A stretch of 64,000 nucleotides of DNA from Diplonema japonicum (Eukaryota > Protista > Euglenozoa: Diplonemea): positions 310,001 through 374,000 of the forward strand of contig OZ025721.1 in NCBI GenBank assembly GCA_964019335.1, written 5' to 3'. Below the pieces are notes generated by a model that was not told where the DNA came from, ran no database searches, and saw only the letters and a list, made by a program, of their open reading frames with translations. Shown here piece after piece: positions 35,601-50,600 of this stretch; position 1 is the first letter of the stretch; each line of letters opens with the position of its first letter. The translations under genes were made by a program, and so were the position numbers.

Positions 35601-38600
35601 CGCTTCTGCTGTGAGGAGTGTCGGCGATGTTTGCACGTGCACGTGCGACAACCACTGGAGCACTTCTGACTGCTCTGTGTGCGACACGACCAAGTGGGGC
35701 CACAGTGACTTAACCAAGCCTGACTGTGATATTTGCAATGAGAACAGGGTTGGCGTTGACTGCAAGGAGTGCACACCCCAGGACTGCAGCAGCCACGGGA
35801 CTGCTTCGCCTAACGAAGCGAAGACTGCGTGCACCTGCACTTGCGACTACCCGTGGGCAGGCGACGAATGTGACGAATGTGCCGCAGGCTTTAGCCTGAG
35901 CCAGGACGGAACATTCTGCGAGTGCTCTGCCAACCGCGTGCCTACTAACAAGGGAAAATGCCGTCATTGCACACCTGAGAAGGACTGCAACGGCAACGGC
36001 GAGGCCTCATCTGTGCAGGGTGACACCGAGTGCACATGCAAATGCAACAACAAGTGGAGTGGCAGCAAGTGCAAGCAGTGCTTGGCCCAGTACGACAACA
36101 CTAGAGACTGCGGTGCTTGTGCTCCTGGCTTCATCAACTATGACACCTGCACTGAGTGCACTTCGACTAGCATCACCTGCACTAACGGAGACGTTTCTAC
36201 CAACGCCGCCCAGACTGCGTGTGTGTGCGTATGCCGCGGCAACTGGTTCGGTCCTGCTTGCGACCAATGCCCTCAGAGATTCGCCTCTGATTGCGTGGCA
36301 TGCGCCAACCCTACCGACGTCGCGCCCAACTGCGGTACCTGCACCCCTGATGACTGCAACAACCACGGCACTGTCGTCACACAGGACCCTCCTGTGAACG
36401 GCATCACGTGCAAATGTACTTGTGAAGGAAACTTTGACGGTGCTTACTGCCAGAAGTGCAAGACGGGTTACGATGGTGACAACTGCGACAAGTGCGCTAA
36501 CGGCTACGCTGGCTACCCCAACTGTGTCCAGTGCACTGATGAGGACCACTGCAGCAGCCACAATGTGGACCCTGACTTTGTTCGTTCGGAGAACAACGCA
36601 TGCGTCTGCAACTGCAGGAACAAGTGGGGTGATTCCGACTGTTCTGACTGCCCTGCCCCATACACAGGGACTGATTGTGCCAAGTGTCTGACAGGTATTG
36701 ATTACCCGCTCTGCACTGAGTGCTCCAGGCCCACCCACTGCAACGGAAACGGTGTTGCCAACAGGGTGTCTGCGACGGAGTGCGGCTGCACCTGCGACGA
36801 TGGGTACAGGGGCGCCAAGTGCAGTTTGTGTGATGTTGGCTACATTGAGGGACCTAATGGTGAGTGTGTGAAGTGCACACTGCACGCAAACTGCGAGTCC
36901 GTCACATCGGACTCGACTAACAAGAACTGCATTTGCGTGTGCAAGAACTCTTGGGAAGGCAATGCATGCAGCACCTGCCCTGCTGGTGTCGAGCCCACGA
37001 ACTGCAAGAACTGCGATGGGAAACACATCAACATCAACACCGTGGCCTCTGCGAAGCCAACGTGCCTTGAATGCACGTCGACCACACACTGCAACGGGCG
37101 TGCGTCGTCCATCTCTGCCAATGCCGACAGGACTAGCTGCACATGCACTTGTGATGGCAACTGGAAGGGTCTAAAATGCCAGACTTGCCCATCCAACTTC
37201 GCTGGTACCAACTGCGACAAGTGCGCACCTGACCACGCAGGTCCTTCATGCACGAAGTGTGATGACTCCACTTGCGGTAATGGCCGTTCTGTCCCCAATG
37301 CTGAGAAGTCGGCCTGTATCTGCGTCTGTGACGGGCAGTACACTCCCGAGTCGGGTTGCACTACCTGCCCCGCGAAGTACGATGCCAACAGGGACTGCGC
37401 TAAATGTGCGCCTGGTAGAATTGACTACCCGTCGTGCACTCAGTGCGGTACGTGCAACGAGCACGGCCAGCCGAGCACCGACATCCAGCAGACGACGTGC
37501 ACCTGTGATTGCCAGAACCAATGGATGCCACCCGACTGCAAGACGTGCAAGTACGGGTTTGACGCGAGCAAGGACTGCATTGTCTGCGACACCGCTGCAG
37601 GTTTCTACCCAAGTGTGACAGAGAACGGGAAGGCTCAGCAGTGCGTACAGTGCACTAGTGGCCCGTGGTGCAATGCAAGAGGAGCATCGATCGAAGCGAC
37701 AGCGACTGGGTGCAGCTGCCCCACGTGCGACAACTACTGGATTGGTGACCAGTGCGAAACTTGCCCTGACGGTTACGACGCATCCGACGACTGCTCTTCG
37801 TGTGCTGAGGACTACTACATGCTGAACGGTGTGTGCACTACGTGCAAGGATTTCGACTGTGGTATTGGTGGCTTGACTGCAGTGTCGAACGCGGACAGGT
37901 CTACATGCCTGTGCGTGTGTGACACCAAGTGGGAGCTTGACGGCGACGGTAAGTGCACCTCGTGCCCTGCGAAGTACACTGGCAACTGCGACTCGTGCGC
38001 GCCTGGTTACGCTGGGTTCCCTGAGTGCGCATCCTGTGTATCGAAGGTGCTCTGCTCCGACAACGGTAGTCCGTATGTCGAGAATGATGTGTGCAAGTGT
38101 AACTGCGACAACTACTACTCTGGCCTAAAATGCGAGTCCTGCCCGGCGCCCTACACGGGTACGAACTGCAACGAGTGCGCCAACCCGGGTCTTAAGTACC
38201 CCGCGTGCACCACGAGCGTCTGCAGTTTGTCTACTTGCCACGGCAACGGTCGCAATGTCGCCTACAACGCGGCCACGAACACCTGCGAGTGTGAGTGCCG
38301 CAACAACTGGGACGCCAGCACCGACTGCAAGAATTGCCCTTCGCAGTACGATGCTACTTTGTTTGACTGCAACGCCTGTGCCGCTGGAACTGTAGGGTCG
38401 TCTGCCTCTGGTACTCTCGTGTGCGAGCCATGCAACGCCGAGACTCAATGCAAAGGACACGGCACTGTGAGCACGAACGCTGACCGCACACAGTGCATCT
38501 GCACTTGCGACCCCAACACCCAGTGGACTGGTACTGACTGCAACACTTGCCCTGATGCTTTCGACAAGCTGAAGAACTGCGCTGCTTGCGCTGCGGAATA

Positions 38601-41600
38601 CTACGGCGAGTACCCCTCGTGCATCAAGTGCAGCAACGACGACTGGTGCCATGGACGTGCTGGGACTGTGAAGCCTAATGCTGACCAGACGGCGTGCGTT
38701 TGTGAAAACTGTGCCGACAACTGGACGGGACCCAACTGCAACACATGCTCTGAAGAGTACGACCCAGCGACTTGCAAGACTTGTGCTAGCGACCGCTTGA
38801 ACGATGCTGACTGCACCGCGTGCTCTCCCTCTGTACACTGCAACAGAAAGGCGACAGATGCTCGTGTCAACTCCGCTCGCACCAAATGCTTGTGCACATG
38901 CATGCCTGGCTGGACTGGGGAAGACTGCAACACTTGTGACAGCTCTTCGGACTACGTGCAGTTTATTGGTGGTGCGTGCCGCAAGTGCGACGTTGAGAAG
39001 GACTGCAACGGCCTCCGCGCCACTCGTGTGAGCCCTAAGCCTGATATGACTGGCTGCATGTGCACGTGCAAGAACAACTTCCAGCTCCCTGACTGCAGCA
39101 ACTGCCCGCCGGCTTGGACTGGCGTTGACTGCGACACGTGCGCTCCTGGCCGTTTTGGCCTTGACTGTGAAGTGTGCTCATGCACCAACGAAGGCGCTAC
39201 TGGCACGCCTATTGTTCAGGGCAACCTGTGCAGATGCGAGTGCAAGCCTGGCTACACTGGAGACAAGTGCGACAAGTGCTTGCCCAACTACATCAAGAAG
39301 AATGGCAGGTGCGTCAGGTGTAATGTTGGTACTCACTGCTCAGGCAACGCATACGTAGCCACCAGTGACGGTGGCGATGCCACTACCTGCACTTGCGAGT
39401 GTAAGAACAAGTGGAACGAAAAGGACTGCAACAACTGCCCCTCCCCGTTTACTGGGCCTTCGTGCAGCCAGTGCATGCCCGGTCACGTGAACTACGATGA
39501 TTGCGTGAACTGTGGTTCGTACTGCAATGCCGCCCACACCCTGACGTGGAAGTCGAACCCCGACGCAACTACCACACAGGCATCTGATGTGTGCTTGTGC
39601 ACTTGCAAGCAGAGCTGGTCAGGACCTACCTGTCAAGAGTGCAAACCTCAGTTCAAGAGAGATGGCGACAACTGCGTCCCGTGTGCTTCGGGTCTGGTTC
39701 AAAGAGTGGGCAAAAACGGTGGCATCGTCTGTGAGGCGTGCTCGCCTGCTGACTGCAACGACCGCGCGGTGTCGGTGTCGGCTAACGCTGAGGGCACCGT
39801 GTGCGTGTGCAACTCGTGCGACGCTCCTTGGACTGGTGCAAAATGCGAGAAGTGCCCTAACAACTACGACTCGTCGACTGGCCTGTGCAACTCGTGCGCT
39901 AACGGTTTCTACGACTATGAGAACGGCTGTCCCGCGTGCAACAGCACCACCGTGTGTTCTGACAATGGACAGGTGTTCTCTGATGGTGTGACGTGCATGT
40001 GCAAGTGCCGCAACATGTGGAGCGGCGATGACTGCTCCTCGTGTCCGGCGAGATTCGACAGCAGCAACGATTGCAGTGGGTGTGCGACTGGTCTGACCCA
40101 GCCTGGGTGCGGTACGTGCACCACTCAGCTTCACTGCAGTGACCACGCCACCGGCGTGGCTGCTGTTGGCAGCGAATGTGTGTGCAATTGCGACAACAAG
40201 TGGACAGGCGATACCTGTAACGAGTGTGCTATTCAGTACAACAGGACTAATGGCTGCTTAGGCTGTGCTAAAGGGTACATCCCCGACGGCATGGGTGGCT
40301 GCACGAAGTGCACCAAAGATGCTAACTGCAACGAGAACGCTGACCTCGTCACTTCTGACGGCACTACGTGCTCGTGCCTCTGCAAGGACAAGTACACCAC
40401 CGACTCGAACTGTCTCACGTGCCCGGCGCAGTACACCACGGCACACACTGGCAACTGCGACCGCTGCGCGGACGACCGCTTCAACTACCCCACATGCACT
40501 GCGTGCGACGTCGATACCCATTGCAGCGGCCATGCCACCGGCGCCACGGCTGACTCGTCTGAGGCTAACGCCCTGTCGTGCAGCTGCACTTGTGAGACTG
40601 GATACACAGGGCTCAAGTGCCAGAACTGTGCCCCGGAGTACATCAGGGTTGGAGATACCTGTGTAAAGTGCACCGTTGCTACTCACTGCAACAACAAGGC
40701 TTCAGACGTACACACCGACCCGCAACAGACCAGGTGCATCTGCTCTTGCGATGACAAGTGGTTCTCCACTGCCGCTAATCCCGGCTGCGAGAACTGCGCC
40801 GCCATCTACGACCAGGGCACTTGCGACAAGTGCGCTGAAGGGCGCATCAACTACCCATTGTGTACCGCGTGCTCGGACGACGCGGTTGACCACACTGGCT
40901 GCCACGGGCACGGCGACGCTTCTCCCTCGAGTGACGGCACCTACTGCACATGCGAGTGCAACGGTCAGTGGAAGGGAGACCACTGCAGCTACTGCGATTG
41001 GACCAAGTACAGCGGTGACTGTGACAAGTGTGTTGCTGGGCGCTACGGTTACCCCGACTGCGCAAAATGTACCAGCAAGGACCACTGCAACGATCACGCG
41101 AAGTCTGCTCCGGTGAGTGCTGACAAACAGTCTTGTGACTGCGTATGCAGGAACCAGTGGAGTGCAGCTGACAAGTGCAAGACCTGCCCCTCGCCTTACA
41201 CTGGATCCGATTGCAACCAGTGCGACGCTTCTCAGAACTACATCGGAACTCCTCCCACATGCACAAAGTGCACTGAGGCCACTCACTGCTCGGACAAGGC
41301 ACAATCGGTGGCTGCCATTGGCGGTGTCTGCAGCTGTACGTGCAACCCGGGCCACGACGAGAACACCAACTGCCTTACGTGCATCGACAAGTGGGTGATG
41401 GTGGCCGGCACGTGCACTCAGTGCACTGTCGGAGACTGTGGTGTTGCTGGCAGCACGAAGAGTGTTGCATCAAAGGCTGGTGCCTGTGAGTGCACATGCA
41501 AATTCCCGTTCGTCGCTGATGCGAACGGCCGCTGCACTGACTGCGAGAGTGGGTACGACGTGGCACAGAACTGCCAGGCGTGCACTTCTGACTTCAGAAC

Positions 41601-44600
41601 CGTGCCTGCATCTGAGCTGCTCGACCTTGGTTTGCCCGAGAATGTTGCGACCGTCCTCACTTGCGCTGTATGCACCATCGAAGGGGATTGCAACGGCAGG
41701 GCCAAGAATGTCACTGCCTCCGGTGATTCGTGCAACTGCGAGTGCGAAAACTTCTGGACAGGTCCTGGGTGCGTTGTGTGCCCCCCTGAATACGAAGGTG
41801 AAGACTGCGACCAGGTGGTGCCCACTTGTGACTGCAACGGCCACGAAATCCTTGTTGAGAAGCCTTGCACCTGCCGATGCCGTAATATGTGGGAAGGCGA
41901 GAAGTGCACCACGTGCCCTGCAGGCGCTGACCAAACTGCTGACTGCAGCAGGTGCCAGGATGGATACTACCTTGTCGCCACCTCAGGCGGTGAGGCAACA
42001 CAGTGCGTGGAGTGCAACACCACCAACGCCGGGTGCGCCAACGCTGATGGCACTACGACTGATGGTGAGACGTGCACATGTGAGTGCCGCAACAAGTGGT
42101 CTGGTGTGCTCTGCGGGACATGCCATGAGCGCTACAACAAGGACGATGACTGTGGGTCGTGTGCAACAGGTTACGGCACTGCTGCTCTTCCTTACCCCCA
42201 CTGTGGCCAGTGCAGCAACGAAGTGACCTGCAGCAGCCACGGTGTGCTGGTTCCCGGCACGTGCACTTGCAACTGCCGCCACCAGTGGACTGGAGACGAC
42301 TGCAACACGTGCGCATCGCAGTACGACAGGAACTCAGACTGTAGCACGTGCAAGAGCGGCCTTGTGGCATCTACTCAGGGTGCGAACCTCGTCTGCACTT
42401 CTTGCAAGATTTCATCTGACTGCTCTGACAATGCTTTCTCTGTCGCACCTAACGCTAACGGCGATGCGTGTGTGTGCAACTGCAAGCCGCCTTTCACAGG
42501 CAGCAACTGCGCCACTTGCAAGAACACTCGCTTCGTTGCTGGATGCCAAGCGTGCAAGACCGGTTTCGTTGGGAAGTACCAGACGTTCTCTGGCGTGTCT
42601 ACCTTGGTGGACTGCAAGACATGCGCAGAGATGGGTCTTGGCGCTGTTGTCAACAGCGATGGCAGCGTGGTGGCCGGACAGTGCACTAACGGTGAGTGGA
42701 AGATTGTGTCAGTGAACAACAAAGACACCTGCTCGTGCAACTGCAACCCAGGTTACGCTGGTGCTCTGTGCAACCAGTGTGCTCCTGGCTGGATTTATAC
42801 CGACAACGGGTGCACGCAGTGCACTGCTGACTCATGCAACGGCAGGGCTACGAAATTTGGTACTTCGAGCGACCAGACCACATGCACTTGTCTGTGCGAT
42901 GAGAACTGGACTGGTCTCACTTGCGAAGGGTGCCCATCCAACTACGACAACAACGACTGCAAGACCTGCGCCGCTTTGCACTACGGTCCCTCGTGCAAGA
43001 AGTGTGACGCTGTTGTGTGCAGCAACCGTGCGACTCCTACTGTGCAGGGCGACAAGTGTGTGTGCGGCACTTGCAGTAATGGATGGACCGGTGACAGGTG
43101 CCAGACATGTGATTACTTGGGTGTTAACTGTGACCAGTGCCCACAGAAGTTCACTGGCACACCTCCTAACTGCCAGCAGTGCCCCAGCAACACTTGCAAC
43201 GATCGTGCCAATATCGTCGTCGTGAACGGCGTGTGCACGTGTGGTTCCTGTGCAGCGGGCTACACTGGTGACAAGTGCCAGAACTGCGCTGCTAACTACG
43301 TTGAGAGCAACAGCGCGTGTGTGAAGTGCTCTGTGGCTACGCACTGCAGTGGCAACGCAAACTCTGCTGCGCGTCCTACAAGTGAGAGCTCGTGTGTGTG
43401 CGACTGTGAGTGGCCATGGACTGGCACAGACTGCTCGGTTTGTCCCAGTGGGTTCGTCCACGACACAGCGGCGACACCGCCGACATGCAAGCCGTGCATG
43501 GAGAACTACGTGGGCAACATTACCGACCAGACATGTGTCCCGTGCACCAACGAGATGCACTGCAACTCGCACGCGACAAGTGTCACGAACAACACCGACT
43601 TCACCGAGTGTGTATGCGACTGCGCCGACCAGTGGATCGGCGAACACTGCAGCGTGTGCCCTGTCAGGTACAACCAGCAGACTTGCAACTCGTGCGCTGT
43701 GCCGTACCACGGTACCTACCCCAGCTGCAGTCTGTGCACTGCAAGCAACTGCAACAACCGTGCTTCTGACGTGTCTTCGAACGGCGTCGTGTGCTCGTGC
43801 ACATGTGAAAACAAGTGGACTGGTGATGCCTGTGAGAATTGCCCAGCTGGCTACGATGCCACCACTGGCTGCAAGGTTTGCAAAAACGGTTTCTACAAGT
43901 CAGGCGACTCGTGCACAGCATGTGACTGCGGTGCCAATGGTGCTCTCGTCTCGTCTGACGGTGTCACGTGTCTGTGCAAGTGCACGGCCCCTTGGACTGG
44001 TGACGCGTGTGACACATGCGACACTACCCGCTACACCGCAACGTGCGATGGGTGCCTTGTCGCAACCATCGCATTCCCGGACTGCACCTGCGACGCTGCC
44101 ACTTGCAACAACCGTGGCACTGCATCTGATGTTACCGGAACCTGCACCTGCGACTGCAACCACAGGTGGTCGGGCGCTCGCTGTACTGACTGCAACTCTC
44201 CGTACGCAAAAGCCGCCGATGGTTCTTGCAACGCGTGCCTGCCTGGGTGGGTGGCAACCTTCACCAACGGGCTTGTCGAGTGCACACAGTGCACATATGC
44301 CGAGAACTGCAACAACAACGCCAAGTCTGTGACTACCGTTGACAACAAATGCGTCTGCGAGTGTGAAACCCAGTGGACTAGCGCTTCTAACTGCGGCAGT
44401 TGCCCCGACAAGTTCGTTGAGAGCGACAACTGTGGCTCCTGCGTGGAGGGCCGTGTGGCCTACCCACACTGCGTTCTGTGCTCTGCCCCTGGAACACTCC
44501 CAACTGCGCTCCAGAATTGGAACCTTGGGGAAATTGGTGATAGCAGCTGCAGTGGTCATGGTACAAGTGTTCCTCAGGACAGCGCAAGCTGCAAGTGCAA

Positions 44601-47600
44601 GTGTGAGACGGGCTACACTGGTCCTGACTGTGGCACTTGTTCTCCTGGCTACATCACAGATGGAGCAGGGAACTGCACCATGTGCGACAGGGACGTCCAC
44701 TGCAAAGGCAACGGGCAGGCGTTTGCCAACGCCGATCAGACGGCTTGCATGTGCAAATGCGACACCAACTGGGTTGACGCTGATTGCAAAACTTGCCCAC
44801 CGCAGTTCACAAAGACGAGCAACTGCTTCGAGTGCTCGGACAACCACGCGAACCACCCGACATGCATTCCCTGCTCTAACTACTGCAACGAGCAAGGTGG
44901 GAACGTTGGTGTTTCTGACAACGAGTGCGTTTGCAACTGCAAAGGCCACTACGTTGGCGACGCCTGTTCCACTTGCCCTGCTCCGTACACGGGTGTCGAT
45001 TGCAATGAATGCATCGACAAGCACGTGAAGGTGGGCGATGACTGCAGGAAGTGCACTACTGGCACTGGCTCCCGCAAGACATGGGACTGCTTCCAGACAG
45101 GCACGTCTCACGTTGGCACCAACGGCGACGTGTGCGTCTGCCACTGCAAGGCTGGATGGACTGGTGCTAAGTGCGACCAATGTGCATCTGGCTTCGCTGG
45201 TGACAACTGTGACGAGTGCCCTAGTGGGTCCATTGGTACCCCTCCCGACTCCTGCACCGCCTGCTCTATTTCCACCCACTGCAGCAACGCTGCTTCGGAT
45301 GTGCAGTCCGTCAATGGTGTTTGCAAGTGTGACTGCGATGACGGCCACGTGGGCGCGATGTGCGGCACATGCAAGAAGGACTGGATTCGCGACACCGTCA
45401 GCGGCAAGTGCGTGAAGTGCGAAGTCAATGTCCACTGCAACAACAGGGCAGAGGGCGTGGTCAGCGAGAACGGGGTTTGCAAGTGCTACGAATGCGCTGA
45501 CCAGTGGACGGCCAACGACTGTGGTACATGCGACACTGGACTGTACGTAGCGACGTGTGATGCCTGCGTACCTGGTAGCATCAACTACCCGTTGTGCACC
45601 GTGTGCCCAACCGACTACTGCAAGAACCACGGAAAGGTCTCTATCGTAGACGGCAACTGCGCATGCGGCTGTGACGCACCATGGAAGGGAACTAACTGCG
45701 GTGTGTGCCCTGACACTCACGTTCTGCGCAACGGGGAGTGCGTCCAGTGCGCACCAATGTTTGTGGCTGTTGAGGACAGTGAGGACGAGGAGTGCCGTTT
45801 GTGCACCTCGGCTGACTGCAGCAACCACGGCGACGTGATCGGAACGAACGGTGACCACACAGAGTGCATCTGCAACTGCTTCGCGCAGTGGACTGGGGCC
45901 AAGTGTAACAACTGCGACTTCACGAAGTACGACTCGACCTGCAGTGCTTGCAAAGCTGGCTTCTACAACTACCCGACGTGCGATCCGTGCAGCGTGAAGG
46001 ACACCTGCTCAGGCACCTCAAACGCTTTCACTGCGGTTGTCGCTGCAGATGGTTCGTGCAAATGCTCGTGCAAGGCTAGTTGGAGAGGCGCCACATGCAA
46101 TGAGTGCCCTGCGATCTACAACCAGGACACTTGCGACTCGTGCAGCGGTGTGGGCACCTACCCCACATGCGGTGACTGCAGCGATGCTGTGCACTGCAAC
46201 GGCCGCTCGAAAACTCCTGTCCAGCTGATCCCCAAATCTGGTAGCAACCCTGCTAGGTGTCTGTGTGACTGCAGCAACAACTGGACTGGTGACAACTGCC
46301 AGAATTGCCCCATCCAGTTTGCAGGACTCAACTGCGACAAGTGCGCCATTGGCTACTACGGGCCCACATGTCAGAAGTGCACCAACGCCCAGTGCAACAA
46401 CCGTGCCTCGGATGTGTCCTCAGATGGTGTCACGTGCTCGTGCGTTTGCGAGAACAAGTGGGACGCGACCACCAACTGCGAGAGCTGCCCTGAGCCATAC
46501 ACTGGCACTAACTGCAACCAGTGCAAGCGCGATCACATCACCTACCCCGCGTGTGTTCAGTGCACGCGCCCACTGCACTGCAACGGGCGCGGCGACGCTG
46601 GTTCCGAGAACGGTATCATTTGTGGCTGCTCTTGTGATGTTGGCTACACTGGCCCCACATGCGGCTCGTGCGCCAGCGGTTACATCTCGCTGTTCGGAAA
46701 CTGCATGAAGTGCAGCACTGGGGTGCACTGCTCCAGCCATGCCAGCGACGTTTTCGCCGTCTTTGACACTTGTGTTTGCAAGTGTGAGGGCAAGTACACT
46801 GGCGACCGTTGCCAGACATGCCCCGACGCCTACACCACTGCTAGCGGCTGCACCGAGTGCGCGACAAACTACTACCGCGAGTCGCCCACAGCTGCGTGCA
46901 AGAAGTGCTCGATCGCCACACACTGCAGCAACCTTGGGACTGTGTCAAGCAACAGCAACAACGACGGGTGCGAATGCTCCTGCCCGGCTAACTTTGCTCA
47001 GCCCGACTGCTCGACGTGCGAACCGGGCTGGACAGGCCCCAACTGCAACGAGTGCAAAAACGCGTACGTCATGAAGAACGGCAACTGTGTGGCATGCACT
47101 GCTAGTGACTGCTCGAACAACGGCAGGGTGACTGGTTCAGCAAACAACGAGTGCCTGTGTGATTGTGACAACAAATGGACTGGTGACAAGTGCGGCTCGT
47201 GCCCTGCATTGTACGACGCTAACCAGAACTGCGGTGCTTGCGCTGCTGACTTGGTCGGCTACGAGGATTGCAAAGCTTGCTCTGATAGCGACTGCAACGG
47301 TAATGGTATTGCCTCTGCTTCGGCTGACCAGCTGACATGCGTTTGCGCTTGCAACGGGTACTGGGAGCAGCCGGACTGCAAGAACTGCCCCAAGAAGTAC
47401 AACGCAACGTGCGACGGGTGCGCCGACAACTACATCGGCTCGCCACCCAACTGCGTGGAATGCAACGTCGGCACACACTGCAACGGCAACGCCAAGGGTG
47501 TCAGCAAGGTTAACAACAAATGCGTCTGCGACTGTGAGACGAACTGGAGCGGCCCTGACTGCAAGGTGTGTGCCAGTCCTTGGCTTGGCTCCAACTGCGA

Positions 47601-50600
47601 CAGGTGCCCTGCGGGCACAATCTACCCCGACTGCACCCAATGCAGCATGGAGGCTCACTGCAATAGCAACGCTGACTCTGTGGCAAGCAATGGTGGCAGT
47701 ACCTGCATCTGTTCTTGCAGGAACAAGTGGGAAGGACAATACTGCGACATCTGCCCGACACAGTTTGACAAAAACGAGGACTGCAAGCAGTGCGCCACTG
47801 GGTATGTGTGGAGTGGTGGTGACTGCGTCGAGTGCACTGTTGACGTTCACTGCAACAGCCGTGCATCCAATGTCACCTCCAACCTTGTGCACGATACCTG
47901 TGTCTGCACTTGCGACGAACCGTGGTTCGGTTCTTCGTGCCAGTCATGCCCTGCGATCTACACGCAAGACACTTGCGACTCCTGCATCAACGGTGGTGCG
48001 TTCCCCGCATGCGGCGTGTGCACCGATGCCCAGTGCTCGAACCACGGCACAGCGACCCTCCACACCAACGGCTCTTGCACGTGCGCGTGCAACCACAACT
48101 GGGCAGGCACCAACTGCGGTACTTGCCCCGCGAGATACGGTGGCGTGAACTGCAACGAGTGTGCCGCCGGGTACCTTGATGCTGCGTGCACTGAGACGTG
48201 TTCTGTGGAAACGCACTGCACTGGCACGGTCAACGCAATGTCTGTTGCCACTGTTTTGAACATCGAGACCGGAAAGTACAGCTGCGTGTGCTCGTGCAAG
48301 GGTGCTTGGACGGGTGACTCTTGCGAGAATTGCCCATCGAACGCAGGCCTCAACGCAGCGTGCGATGCTTGCACCAATGGTGTCAGCGACATCACCAACT
48401 GCGCATGCGAGGACAGCATGTGCACTGGCCACGGTACAGCAGCAGTCGTCAACGGCGTGTGCAAGTGTACTTGCGACCCTGCAACGAGTTGGAACGGCGC
48501 TGCGTGCAACAACTGCCCGGAGCCGTACACTGGTGATAACTGTGATGCTTGCAAGACTGGCTACGCGGGCTACCCGTCGTGCGTGCAGTGCACCACCACT
48601 AGCACGTGCTCAGGCAACGGCAAGGCGGTGCCCAGCGATGACCTGACTGAATGCGTATGCAACTGCACGACTCACTGGACTGGCCCCACATGCTCCCAGT
48701 GCAACTATGCAGGAGACAACTGCGATGCCTGCCCGTCAGGCCACCGTGGCACTCCCCCGAACTGCGTGGACTGTTGCAACGGAAACGGTCAGGCTACGTC
48801 GGTTGCAGGCCAGTGCGGTGAGTGCACTTGCGACCCTCTGTACTACCCTACCACCGGCGACAATGCATGCACGCAGCACAGGTGCACAGATGATGGATGG
48901 TGCAACGGAAACGGTGTTGCCAGTGTTATCATCGAGGCACCTTGGTGCACATGCGAGTGCAATGGGAACTGGGACGGTGCTCAGTGCAACAAGTGCAAAC
49001 CGGGCTTCGTTGGCCCTAACTGCGACAAGGAATGCCCCACTGTTGGTGGATCCGTCTGCAACGGTGGCGAGTGTTCGTACGACAGTGCTTCGAGCACAGC
49101 TGTGTGCACGTGCACCACCGGGTGCCACGGTGACTCTTGTGACTGTTGCTGCGATGGTGGGTGCGGCGACCACGGGTCGTGCAACGCTAACCCAACCAAC
49201 GTGTGCGGCTGTGTTTGCGAGGAAGGTTGGCGTGGCGACAAGTGCGACACCCAGTGCCCCACAGCAGGTAACAAGGTCTGCAACGACAAGGGCACGTGCA
49301 GCGCGACAGGCACCTGTATCTGCAATGCCCCTTGGGCTGGCGAGAAGTGCGACCGCTGTGACGGTGCCCACTGGGGTGCTGAGTGCGAAAACGTGTGCCC
49401 TGGTGGTGCGCAGAACCCTTGCAGCGGCAACGGCGAGTGCGATGACGAGGGTCTGTGCCAGTGCCGTGAAGGGTACTCCGGGACAACTTGCTCTGAGAAG
49501 TGCCCCACGTACAATGGGAAGGTCTGCAACCACCACGGTACCTGCGCTGGCGGTGTCTGCGTGTGCCACAAGGGCTTCGCGGGTGTCTCGTGCGAGGGTA
49601 CATGTGGTGTCGATTCCCCCCTCGTGTGCCCGTCTGGCTGGATGAGGCACAACGCTAAGTGCATTGCCATCACCGCCGAGACGGTGTCTTACACGAATGC
49701 TGCTGCTGCTTGCGCCTCAGTGGGAGGGAGGGTTGCCATCGCACCCACGGCCAGCGAGTGGGTGGGTATCTCTAAGCAGGTGGGTGGAGCACAACCCATG
49801 TGGATCGGCCTCACACACGTGAACGGCGAACCTATTAACGTGTGGGCATGGACCAACAATGTGGTGGACAGTCTGAACAAGTGGGCTGCTGGTAACCCGA
49901 CGGAGGAGACCTGCGCTGCTGCAGCAAACAGCGTGAACGGCAGGAGGTGGTACTCCAAGCCATGCGGAAGCTTGTACAAGGTTATCTGTGAGCGCGACGC
50001 GGAAGCCGTTTACTACTCGGACGGCAACGCCATCACCGAGGCTGGCTTGGAACCTCAAGACCTGCGCTTGTGGTACACTGCCACCAGGTTGAGGGATCCT
50101 GGGATGTGGCTGAGCTCTGGCTTCCAGGCTGCACCCACCACAGCGCTGACTGTTGTTGGTGCCAGGACGTGGCAAACGGAGGCTGTGGCCAACACGTACA
50201 AGATCTCGTACACGGCGTTCGGTGCCGACACCACGGTGCTGGCAACCGTGAAGGTTGCGACGTCTCAAAAGAGAGGCACCGTTGGTATCTCGTTCGGGCA
50301 CTCGAAGCCTTCTGCATCGATCAACGGCATGACCCCGTCCACCACGCTCTTCCAGTGGGACGGAGCAGAGGTGGCGATCGTCCGGAAGACAGACAACACT
50401 GTCACCAAGCTCGCAAGCGCGGCTAAGACGCTGGCCTTCGACACCGTGTACACCATTAGGTTGGTGAGGACGAGCACGACTCTGCGTGTGGACATCAACA
50501 GCGAGGAGGTGCTGACTGCCAGCACGGCAGGGACTAACTTGAAGCTTGCGAACGGCGCTGACGCTGTGCTGCCTGTTGCCCTTTTCGTTGCAGGCCAGCC

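Noticed and set aside
49231-49239. RGD tripeptide in the EGF array
   Set aside because: A chance instance of the W-x-G-D-x-C repeat consensus.
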